NCBI GenBank assembly: GCA_040954595.2
Contig: CM082585.2
Location: forward strand, 5,791,808 to 5,855,807
DNA: 64,000 nt
Source: Balanoglossus misakiensis
Taxonomy: Eukaryota; Animalia; Hemichordata
Direction: 5' to 3'
A program made the position numbers and the translations under genes. The notes beneath the pieces are model-generated. The model saw only the letters and a program-made list of their open reading frames with translations, made no database searches and was not told where the DNA came from. Shown here in pieces: positions 43,601-54,691 of the stretch (positions are counted from its first letter, which is position 1; each line of letters begins with the position of its first letter).

Positions 43601-46600
43601 ATACTACTAGCTTAATTCAATTGAATGCAATAGATGTAAATGACGAAAGTGTGAATATTCAACAGAAATGACGAAGTGTGAATATTCAATAGATGTAAAT
43701 GATGAAAGTGTGAATATTCAATAGATGTAAATGACGAAAGTGTGAATATTCAATAGATGTAAATGACGAAAGTGTGAATATTCAATAGATGTAAATGACG
43801 ATAGTGTGAATATTCAATAGATGTAAATGACGAAAGTGTGAATATTCAATAGATGTAAATGACGAAAGTGTGAATATTCAATTGATGTAAATGATGAAAG
43901 TGTGAATATTCAATAGATGTAAATGACGAAAGTGTGAATATTCAATAGATGTAAATGACGAAAGTGTGAATATTCAATATATGTAAATGACGAAAGTGTA
44001 AATATTCAATAGATGTAAATGACGAAAGTGTGAATATTCAGTCTCCCTAACCCTTACTTTTGTTCTTCATGCTGAATATTTCTAGTAATTTGAGCTATTT
44101 CACTGTCGATGTTGGCCGCCGTGCGCCGTACATTGATTCGCTCTGGATAGATCTGCTTTGCCTTCTCCTCTGCTTCCTGTAAAAATGAAATAAAAAAAAT
44201 CGTCAGATATTATAAAATATATCTTGCAGGTGATAAAACTCAATAAAAGACAAATTGAGATTCATTTTGAGATGGAAATATTCCACAAATCAAACATGAA
44301 CATTCAGAAGCAGCAGCGTAGCCTCTTGTACCTACCGCAATGTCTCGTTCTTTCAACTTGTGAGTCTTCTTTAATTCTTCAATCTTCTTATCGTGATCTT
44401 TTCTCTTTCCTTCATAGTGTTTCAGGTGATCCTTAGCCGTCGCTTCATCCATATTAGCTTTGCCCAATTCTTCCTGGTGAAACAAGAACAAAGCCAGGCA
44501 AAAAGTTTAAAGCCCCAAAAGCTGCCACTTTACCATTTAATTTTAATCGATAAAATACTGTAAAACGGGTTATTTTCGTGACAGGAAATTTTCTCGATAT
44601 CAAGGGAGGTAACTGTTGCGCGAGGATTAATTTTCGCATTCTTATTTTTACTGCATCGTTTTCTCCGAAAACCATTTTAAACAACTTTTTATTTTCACGT
44701 TTTTTTTGGCTCTCACATATTTTGCGAAAATAACCCGTTTTACAGTACTTCAATCTTCTCCTTATCCTTTGTCGACACCGCATTCAAATGTGTATATTCT
44801 AATGTTGAAGATGATAGGTAAAGACACTGTTTTTATCTCCCTGAATCGAAATTTGTAGTAACTAACCTTCAGGGGATCAACCCGCTCGGCTAGTCCATTG
44901 ATATCTTTATTGACGTCTTGATAAGTCTCCTCCGCTTCCTTGTACTGGACCTCCAGTTCTGCCACAGTCTGCTTGACGACGTCCAGCTGTTGTTGGTGTT
45001 CCACCATCTGTTCCTCGTAGCTTCTCACTTCCTCTTCGAGAGTTGTGACATCCACTGGGGTGGGCTCTTCGAAGTTTTTCAGTTCATCAATATCCTGAAG
45101 GAAGAGCATTCCGGACATGAATACGTGTCCATATCTATTGCCTTTAAGGATGTACGCGCAGAACATAAACCGGCAAACTTCACGCACTCGTCTTTCTCCC
45201 ATAGGATTACATTGATAATTGCTAAAAAAACAAACTTCTACTATTGTCATTTTCACCAACGTACATCCTTAAACATGCATTTCCAATATTTTTAACAAAA
45301 AAAAAACTCAGCAATTTCCAAAAATGTCCATGCAGTTTCATAGAATTCAGTAAGCTAAATACAGGAAGACCTATTTGACAGCATATTGGACACTATTCTA
45401 CACAATCAGCCAAATTAAAAATATTATTCTTTAATGTGCTTTTCTGATTTTCTGAAACCTTTCCAAACTGTTACAAACCATTTCCATTTACACCTCCCTA
45501 CTGCTGAGTGGAACTTACAAAGTTTAGTTTATTGCACTGGTCTTGTATTTTCATCTTCCTTGTCTGCATTTGGTTCTTCTGCGTCGTATTAGCTCTGATG
45601 CTGTTATTGATCTCAGAATTCTGTCTGCGGACATCGTCATAGTCTGCTCTCAAAGACATCAGTTCATGTTCAGTTTGCCTTCGAAAGAAAAAGCGTATTC
45701 AAATGAGCCTTTTCAGTGCTTACATATACAGACCATGTTGACCCTTTCACCACCATGGTTTGGTCCAAATCTATTGTTTGATATGGTAAACAGAGGTGAA
45801 AGGGTTAAAGGGCCAAAGTCTCTCTCTCGCTTCCATTTTTCCATTATTAATGTTTGATACAAGACACAGTTTATGTTATTGTACATGTGGATATATATAG
45901 AGAATATACGTTCGACCACATTTTGGCAAGATTTTTACTCTCATATCCTACAAGCGGGATGGAAGTTGTGTGTAGTTGAACATTGATGCTCTATATAACT
46001 ACATGTACAATAACATAAACGGTATCTTGTATCAAACATAATTAATGGAAAAATGGCTAAACAAACCCCAGGGTCTGCCGGACAATATGAAACGAAATAA
46101 AAAGACCACATTTTTGGTCATACCTGATTTGTTGTTCAACATCCGCTGTGATGTATCTTGCATTGGTGGAATTGTTGGAATAATATCGCTGATCAGCACC
46201 CGCGTACACCTGGTCGCCTGCAATGGTGAATGCCTCACGACAGTTCTGCGGCGGGTGTCTGCGCAGGTAGGTACGAGCTTCGGCACTGTCAGCTATCAGG
46301 AGGGTACTCTCCACACCCCGCTGTCAAAAATACATGAAAATATACATGAAAACACGCATCAAGAAATACATGTACACGAATAGTAAAACCAGTCCTTTGG
46401 ACCAATCCTCTGATCGCCACTCCAGATACTGTGGAGAGATTCACACCCAAATTTGAATAGAATTTCTGTCATGTTTGACCTCAAGATTAAGGTCAACAAA
46501 TCTTTACACATAAAAAAATAAGGACAAAATTGCCACAAAGCACCCGTAATGGATTATATCTCAAAACCGATTAACATGTGTACATTTTAGTACATTGTCT

Positions 46601-49600
46601 TTGAACATATACCACTGAGTAAACATCTACGTCGTTTGGTGGTGGAAAAATCACATTAGATTTGTGAATTATCGCATTTGATGGAAAGTTTCAACTCACC
46701 TGATCAACCAAGCAGTTAAAGATGACAGGGTTATCCGTGTGGACTATGTCTAGAAATGACGGATATCGTTTGTCCTGTATAGCACCATCACCCAGATCAT
46801 ACTCATTGCCCTGTGAACAAAACAATGTTTTTTTAAACTCACTTGCACACGTCAGAAAACGCTTGTAGTGCAAATGCTTACAGGGTGGGCGTATTCCTAT
46901 CTGCGGTTGCCGGTAGCTGTCCCATACAACACAGTTGATAGCAAGTCAAAGTGTAAGTGTAACAGCTACAATGTACATCATTGCGAACAATTTGGTTGTT
47001 ACTTTGTATTACACTGTACATCATGGTCAACAATGTGTTGTTACTTTTTATCAAATTTTGATGTAACATGTACATTGTATTAGTTGGCAGGGTCTCCCTA
47101 AATAGTAGGATAAATACTGATGGTGTGTTAAAGGGACAAAGTCTCTCTCTCACTGCCCTTTTTTCCATTAATTATATTTGATACAAGAGGCCGTTTGTTA
47201 TTCTACATGTGGATATATAGTGTCTGAACGTTCAACTACACACACCTTCCATCCCTCTTATAGACAGGAGAGTGAAAAAATTCGCCAAAATGAATAATCG
47301 TTCTTTACCATTTATTCATTTTGGGCGAGTTTTTACTCTCATATCATACAAACAGGATGGAAGTTGTGTGTTGTTGATCATTGATTCACTATATATCCAC
47401 ATGTACATTAACATAAACAGTGTCTTGTATCAAACATAATTAATGGAAAAAGGCCAGCGAGAGAGAGACTTTGTCCCTTTAATAAACAGAAAAGTCAGGC
47501 ATATAGTTAGACTACCCTCCCTTATAAAAAAAACCAATTATGGACTATGAGTAATGTTTTTAGATATGAACATATTGTAACACAAAATGGCTGCCAGGAA
47601 TCATATTTGAGCTTAGCAGGATGTATGCAAATTCTCATTTCTTACCATAAATGAGCTGGTGATAACTGACGGTTTGGACCTGTTCGGTGGTACATGTTTC
47701 GCCAGCAGTTTGTTAAAAAGCCTCTCGTCATCATGATTGTCACAGCAGTAAGAATGGAGGAGATTCTTGAGGCAGGCTTCTACTCCTAAAGCCCAATTCT
47801 GGTCTGTCAGTCGCAGATGAGCACCTGGCAATCAAAGAGAAACTTATAGAGGTCAGAGGTTAGAGTTCGCAGTTCAGAGTTGAATCAGAACTTGGCAGTT
47901 TGGGCCCATGTTTCTGGAGGGCTAGAGACTGTACTCCAGGAAATGTATTTATCAATCAATTCGACTTTTTCCTTGAATTCTTCTTGCTCAGTTGTTTCAA
48001 TTTCTTTTTTCTGCAAAGCATGTTGAAATCGCTCTTACCTAATGGTCCGACAGGTTTCTTTCTGAACAGCCTCTGCTGGTACATTTGGTCAACTTCTCTC
48101 ATCAGACCCGGCACCCAATTGCCAAACACAGCCAGCTTGTTCTTTCGGCTGGCTTCCAGATTTTTCAGTCGACGCTGAGTGTTGTCAATATTACCTTTCA
48201 GATCTTGTTCTTGTTTTCTGTATTCAGAATATATTACCAAAAAAAAAAATGTCAGAGTGGTCGCAATTCTGGTTACCTTAAATAGGTTTCTGCTACCTAG
48301 GTTAGTAATAGATATCAAGATGGCCAGATAAAAAATTTAACCTGGATAGCAAAACTACATTTAAGTTGTGAGAATTCTTGCTGCAGTCTCATCATACCAA
48401 CTCCATTAGCTGTATCTTTTGGCTTTATTTTCAGTATATTTGTTCTGTGTACACCAAAGGCAATTTCTTTGTCTACTCCAAAAAGCATGCTATTATACCC
48501 AGTACTCAGCTTGTTAACTTATGTTGTATGTGTGTAAGGACCATTATGAATTCTAGTCTGGACATATGTGACCCCTGACCCGTGACTCAGCATACCTCAA
48601 TGTATATGACTGCTCCTTGTTGTGGGTAATAGCTTTTGTGAACTGGTCAAGCTGGTGGTCTGTAGTGGCTAGCTGAGCTGTTAACGTGGCCAGCTCATTT
48701 TCAAATATCTGTACTTGCTCTTCTCGCTGTTGTCGCTCTTCCTCAAAATCATGCTGGGCTCTGAAAACCGACAAAACATTCACGTTAAAGGTATATTAGA
48801 GTTTTCAACTTCTTATGATTTAGCTGCAACGTTCCAGGTGGGGCTTCAACAAGGAACATTCCAGTTATAAAAATTTCAACAACGAACATTTCGCTAATCC
48901 AAAAGTGGACATTTCAATAATGACAACTTCATAAATGAAAAAGTTCAACAATGGACAACGAATACCTAACCATTACAATTTCACCATGAACACTTCAATA
49001 AGAATTTCACCAATTAACATTTTCACAAAATAATTCACAATGGATGTTTCACCAATGAACGTTTCTACAAGAAACATTTTGTCATTGCATGTAGTCACAT
49101 CACACCCACACTATGCATCATGAAACTTCAACTATGATGCAGGGCCTAACAAAATCTTCAAAATTTACTTACGTATTCTTCATCTCATTAATTTTCTCTT
49201 CTAGCTGTTGTTTGTCTCTCTCGGTATTTCTTAGATTGCTGTGTAACTTTCGCAGTTCAGCCTGAGAAGAATAAATAAATGATAGTAAAAATAGATCTAC
49301 CAGGATGCCAACACGAGCACAGATTTCACCTTACAGACTTTGACTCTTAGCAATTAAATAAATCAGCAACAACAGATTATTTTGAGGCATAGCAGTTGCT
49401 TAAAAAACTGACAAGACGAGGCTGTGAGCGAATTGTTTTTTTTTATAGATGACCCCTGAAATTCCACAATAATTTCAGAAAACAGAATTCAACATACAAA
49501 ACAAAATAAAACAAAGGAAAGAAAAAACACCAGCACTGACATCGACAGAACTAAGAAAATGTCAGAAAAATAATAAAAATTTCAAAATCGACAGAAGTGG

Positions 49601-50482
49601 TGATTCCAAGGAACGATATAATATTCCCCCTGAGCCTTATCAGAATATAGACTGCCGACATACCTGGGCAGTTTTGTATGCCTTTTTACTCAATTCCAGG
49701 GCACTTCTTGCTTCTTGGTGCTTGGGTTTCACTTCTTTCAACTTCTCGCCCAAAAGAGTCAGTCTATTCTGGATTTCGGTACACCTGCCTGAACATTTTT
49801 TGAGTTTTTCCTGCGAGGATCAGAAAATTTGATTGGTCAGTTACCTTACAGAGACATTCACAGGAAAACAAAAAGAAAACTGGGTGTTCATCATCTTCTT
49901 TCCATGCAAATAAAATTTCTCCATAGACTTGACACATAGATTGGCGGCCATTTTGAATTTGAGATAATCTGACACATGCTTGCACTCTTGTTCAAAATTT
50001 TGCATGGTGACTCCTAAATCTAAATTTTAAGAGAATAATTTAACGTTGCCTTGAGCAAATTATGAGAAAAGGTTTAAGACTTTGATTTTTAAAGACCCAG
50101 ACTCCTTATCATGTACCTTTGATTCATTCACTTTCTGATCAAATTTTGGTTTTCTGGCCTCTTCTTGTCGTATGGCTTTAGAAATTGGCTCCAGCTCCTG
50201 CGAATGATGAAAACAAAAATGGTTTAAGAAGGTACACAACTTTGTCCATTCTTTCATTTCCACCACTACATGTGCTCTGTGAGTTTATAAAAAAATCGAG
50301 ATTATACGCGCAACGGTTTTCTAGTTTTTGATGTGGACGGACGGACATACATACATACATACATACATACATACATACATACATACATACACACATACAT
50401 ACATACATACATACATACATACATACATACATACATACATACATACATACATACAGACAGACAGACATACATCATACATACA

Positions 50483-50513
<31 letters not shown>

Positions 50514-52789
50514 CATACATACATACATACATACATACAGACGCAACTGATTCCATAAGGTCCCATGGTATATATACATAACCAAATGGGACCTAAAAAC
50601 CCCACCTTCTCAATTTCCGCCACTTGCGCCCATGCAGCCTCGTGCTCCAGATGTTCCTTCTTCTTCTTGAGCTTCTCCACGCTGCCCACAGCTTTGACTC
50701 TGTTCTCGAGTTGCATCACTTCTTTTTCCAGGTCTGGCAAACCCTGGAGGTCAAAGGTTGAAAAGAGCCAATCGCATGAACTATCACAAGTATGGTAAAT
50801 AACCACATGAATATTCAAAAGCCAAACTTGATAATCACAAATGATGATATATGTTTTGCAGGTAGATTAAAATCCTCAAAATTGTAATATTACCAAAGTG
50901 TAATTCACAGACAAAACACAAATTCACACACTGTAATCACTGCAAGTTTGACTGCTCAAATGTTCGACCACATTTTTCGTTTCAAAAGTGTTCATTGTAC
51001 CACAATATGTACCAAAACATAAAGATTAAAAAAATCCCCACCTCTTCCCTTCTCTTCACTGTGTCTTCCATTAAAGTTTTCTGTTCTTGTATTGTACTGT
51101 AATCGTTCGTCATTTGTTCAAGTTGTGTTGCCTTCAAGAAAAACTAATAACGAAGAAAAACACAAAAACATTCCAAAATACTTTAATGCCATTTTCAACA
51201 TAATTTGAACAAATTTTACTGAGGTTGCTCCTAGAAACCTCTACATGGCAAATTTCAATGTAATTTGACTGAGTTTCACAGGAAATAATATTCTGTCCCA
51301 AATGACAAATTTTGCACACCACCCCCCAATACATATATACTATTTCAAGTGACTGACATTATCCCTATGTATTGTCATAATTCTGCCAATAGATATTGTC
51401 ACAATTTTAACAAATCTGACCAAATCTTTTGAGGTATGCATGCCAACTTAGATGGCCCCTGGAACCAGGATACCAGGTTTTCCTTACCTTGTACTTATCA
51501 TGAGGGTTCTTGGAATGTAGGAAGTTTCGACTGGTGTCTTGATTCAGAATAGCCACTGGGTTATCAACCTAGGAGATAAAATTACTGACACATGTTACGT
51601 GTCTGGCTGTTCTAAAGCATAAACATACCCGGAAAATCTTTCACTGGATGCTGAAAAACCTGTCATCTGGAAATGACAACGCCGTGGGTCACATGGCCAG
51701 ATCACCTGATTGATATTAAAGGTATACGATCACTTATGGAAAATTAGCCATAGTTACCATGGCAAATTGAGATCTAGCCAATCACGGATTTTCAGTGGGT
51801 GGCACACGCGAAAAAAAAGAGCGCCACCATATGTTCTTTAGAACGCTCAAATACTCAATTTCAGCCATATATGGGCGTATGTAAATTGGAGGTGACTGTA
51901 TACCTTTAAAGAATACTATGGTGAAAGAAATTGTTGCAAACCTGAATGTTAAACTGATCCAGGATGTACGACAGCTCCTCTCGCTTCCTCGACACCACTC
52001 GACCACCGCTGGACTTCAGTTTGTACTGCGATGATCCATCTGTGGTTAGCTTCCTTTCCACGACGATGGAGTCGCCGTAATCCTCGGGCTTGTAGGCATC
52101 TGTGCCTCGATTTCTGAGTTTGATGGACACCTCGGCAAAACTGGGGGGAAGAAGAATTTAGGTCAATCCCATGATTGTCGTATGCACACGTGCATAATTT
52201 CATTTCTAAATGTTCTGCAAATTTTGCATTCAAATAGTGGACTGCCTTCGCTACTTCATATTTCATGTGCGCCGTATAATTTGACTTCAGTTTTGTCCCT
52301 TCTTTTCACCCAATTTGCTGTCTTTTTCCGATCTCCGACACAGACTATGGTCGCCGCCATCTTGTATGTTGTTAGGACAGCACTCTGCCTGATGCATTGA
52401 CTGTATACAGTTTTTATATCCAGAGTCTCTGGTTTGAGACATGTGCATAAGACGATCATCGCCCTTTAAACTTTCACTACACAGATGAAGTTCTCAGGGA
52501 TTACAGACTTACTTTTGTCCGTCTTTAATGAAGGATTTGACAGAAGAGCCCCTGCTGGTGACTGTGGCTTTGCCACCCAGGCCGACCACCATGGCTGTCA
52601 GCACTGCACTCTTACCACCTACACGAAAACAATCGGAAAATCATTAACGAGTCTGTCTCCTCTAAATGAATCCGGCATTCTGGAATGTACTCCCACGTCG
52701 CGCCAGAGTCTTATCCAGGATACCACAGGAAAAGGAGACTCAGGAAAAATTCAGGGAATGTGACTGGACTCGTTCAGTTCAAATTGCAT

Positions 52790-52841
<52 letters not shown>

Positions 52842-54064
52842 TCACTTTAAATAAAAAGAAATACATTTTCATCTGAGTTGCTGAAAGACATGAAAGACAG
52901 TCATCCGAATCAGTTCAATGTTTGACAGGCAGAGAGTTATTTCCACACTTCAAACCCCCCCCCCCAAAAAAAAAACACTTGAAAACAAGCCCTGCCCTAT
53001 CGAATTTCAATTCATACTTACTTTGCATGGTTATTTTTCAGTTTTTATTGCTTTTTCAATAACCTTGAGTAATAAAAATGTCTTAGAAACCCTGGTAACA
53101 CTTCCACTACCAATTACGTACAACTGCATTGATATGCTTTAGGAAGAACCCAGTAACACTCATGAGCTCTCAAAACTGTCAACCCCATTTACCTATGTAG
53201 TTAATGTAAAGGTCCAACTTTACCATAGAAAAAAATAGATTTGGACCAAACCATTGCTGGTGAAAGACAACCTTTGGCCAGACACTTACTTCCGTTGCGT
53301 CCAACGATAAAGTTGACATTGGGACCAAAGTTGAATTCCAGTCGACTGTGACACATGAAATTCTTCAGTGTCACTTTCTCGATGATGCCAACTTCAGCCT
53401 CCGCCTAAAATACACACACAAAACACAGGGTGCATATTTAACAACACTGTTGATATTGCCCTTGATATCCCAATAGATCAGCTGATAGTGATAGAAATGT
53501 GTGCTCATGTAGGTAATGTTTTCCTGTTTTGCTTCCTTCATATTTCCAATTCTAATTAATTTAAAGGGAAGGGGTCATCGCGCCGCGTGGGAGTCCCCCT
53601 TGATGAGAATATGTCTTCCCATACCAGCGCAAACCCCACTGCTGTCGCCATGACCTACTAGGATCTTCAGTTGCTGTCATGCGCAGTCTACGCTACGGTC
53701 GGCTGCTTCGTTCATTCTGAGAATTATCTTATTTGAGGGATTTGTGGGTGAATTCTAATGTTTATCGACAACCAACAAGCACGGCGCGACGACCCCTTCA
53801 CTTTAAAGGGACAGTAACAGCAATGGATGGAGACAAGAAACAGAAGCCAGGAAAATAAGTCACATCCTTCTGTCTAACAGTGTATAAGCCCGACCCACTC
53901 ACCATCACTGGGGGTACAAAACCCGGATTCTGGGACTGGTCCATTTCATCATCACTCTCGCCTTCCTCCTCCTCCTCCTCCTCCATTCTCCGTGGCTCTC
54001 GCAGCCGCACCCGCTTATCCGGAGGGGAATTTTCATCTGGCTTCGAGGAGCGCCGTGTTGCCAT
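40614..54064 (-). CDS. SMC6: Structural maintenance of chromosomes protein 6, complete, 1105 aa using one exon-21 variant
   Basis: Exons (minus): 54064-53903, 53404-53290, 52618-52513, 52140-51942, 51568-51488, 51143-51042, 50743-50606, 50197-50117, 49810-49664, 49261-49173, 48760-48596, 48217-48039, 47824-47646, 46810-46700, 46320-46124, 45678-45519, 45094-44867, 44473-44336, 44176-44058, 43487-43388, [43154-42996 or 42921-42763], 41889-41737, 41272-41175, 40725-40614(TAG). Motifs [14 protein letters not shown], Walker [24 protein letters not shown], hinge PVGPLGAH, signature [13 protein letters not shown], Walker [28 protein letters not shown] are SMC6-type. Confidence 0.96.
41452..41658. 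mobile_element. Tc1/mariner-type MITE (TA TSD, CTGTAAAACAC TIR)
   Basis: TA-CTGTAAAACACTTTATTTT...AAAATAAAGTGTTTTACAG-TA. Confidence 0.8.
42399..42605. mobile_element. Tc1/mariner-type MITE, same family as 41452-41658
   Basis: Highly similar internal sequence; TA flanks. Confidence 0.8.
42763..42921 (-). CDS. SMC6: SMC6 alternative exon 21b (159 nt, phase 0-0), appears closer to canonical SMC6
   Basis: ...TTGCTTCCCAG|AAATTT...TTGTCA|GTAAGT; open frame [53 protein letters not shown]. Confidence 0.9.
42996..43154 (-). CDS. SMC6: SMC6 alternative exon 21a (159 nt, phase 0-0)
   Basis: ...TTTCATCTAG|ACATTT...GTCTCA|GTAAGT; open frame [53 protein letters not shown]. Confidence 0.8.
43628..44040. 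repeat. 32-bp minisatellite (~13 units) in an SMC6 intron
   Basis: Unit AATATTCAATAGATGTAAATGACGAAAGTGTG at 43681, 43713 and onward. Confidence 0.95.
44558..44745. mobile_element. Related TA-flanked MITE (CTGTAAAACGGG TIR)
   Basis: TA-CTGTAAAACGGGTTATTTTCG...CGAAAATAACCCGTTTTACAG-TA. Confidence 0.75.
45738..46056. mobile_element. piggyBac-type MITE abutting a degraded Kolobok-like MITE at a shared TTAA
   Basis: ...GGTGAAAGGG-TTAA-AGGGCCAAAGTCTCTCTCTC...; second part resembles 47132-47478. Confidence 0.65.
47132..47478. mobile_element. Kolobok-like palindromic MITE (TTAA TSD, AGGGACAAAG termini)
   Basis: TTAA-AGGGACAAAGTCTCTCTCTC...GAGAGAGAGACTTTGTCCCT-TTAA; nearly the whole 347 bp is an inverted repeat; RR...YY termini with TTAA fit Kolobok. 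Confidence 0.8.
50346..50538 (+). repeat. (CATA)n microsatellite
   Basis: Direct reading. Confidence 0.95.
51720..51905. mobile_element. Kolobok-like MITE (TTAA-AGGTATAC...GTATACCT-TTAA)
   Basis: Short TIR and TTAA on both sides. Confidence 0.6.
52790..52841 (+). repeat. (GATA)n microsatellite
   Basis: Direct reading. Confidence 0.95.
53565..53802. mobile_element. Kolobok-like MITE in SMC6 intron 1
   Basis: TTAA-AGGGAAGGGGTCATCGCGCCG...CGGCGCGACGACCCCTTCACT-TTAA. Confidence 0.7.
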
Positions 54065-54476
54065 CTTCCACGCCCATGTATCGCGCAGATATCCTACACG
54101 ACACAAGCGAGGAATGAGAATTAAGACTCTTTTGGGGGTCTTTTCCAGATGCGGGCAAGCGTCCGAATGGAGAACAGCAAAAAACTTTGCGTCAGTGGAA
54201 TCTCAGGTGGGCCACTTTGTGGCTGTGAATCATACCTTAAATGACTGACATGACTGGTGTGATTTTGCTGTTCTTTATTCTGATGCTGCCACCTCAGCAA
54301 AGGTATTGACTATTCTAAAGTCTCTGTCAACTCTACAGCTGACATTGGTCAGTGGTGGAGCGGGAGAGGGGGGGGGTTACACTGCTTTCATTTATGCCCT
54401 CCCTACCACTGTCACGTGTAAATACGGTATTTACGTGTCTATGAAGTTCCATTTTCAGCCCTGGCCCTGTCAGATT

Positions 54477-54691
54477 GGCGAATGCTAGCTGCAATGATTG
54501 TAGCGCGTGCTGCTAGGTTGACTGGTGTGTTCACAGCCCTACAGCCCTACTGCGAACACACCAGTCAACCTAGCTAAGCAGCACCCGCTACAATCATTGC
54601 AGCTAGGCGAATGCTAACCCTGCGTACAGTTCTGTGTGTTCCCGGCGTTACACGGGAACACACAGATCTGTACGCAGAGCTAGGCGAATGC
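54477..54691. mobile_element. Two different hairpin MITEs in tandem sharing a 9-bp direct repeat GGCGAATGC (AcademH-like)
   Basis: GGCGAATGC(54477-85)[TAG...CTA 54486-54605]GGCGAATGC(54606-14)[TAA...CTA 54615-54682]GGCGAATGC(54683-91). Confidence 0.7.

Noticed and set aside
54477-54691. Mini-CRISPR or miRNA cluster
   Set aside because: Repeats are only 9 bp and the spacers are self-complementary with shared termini, which fits TIR elements with TSDs better.
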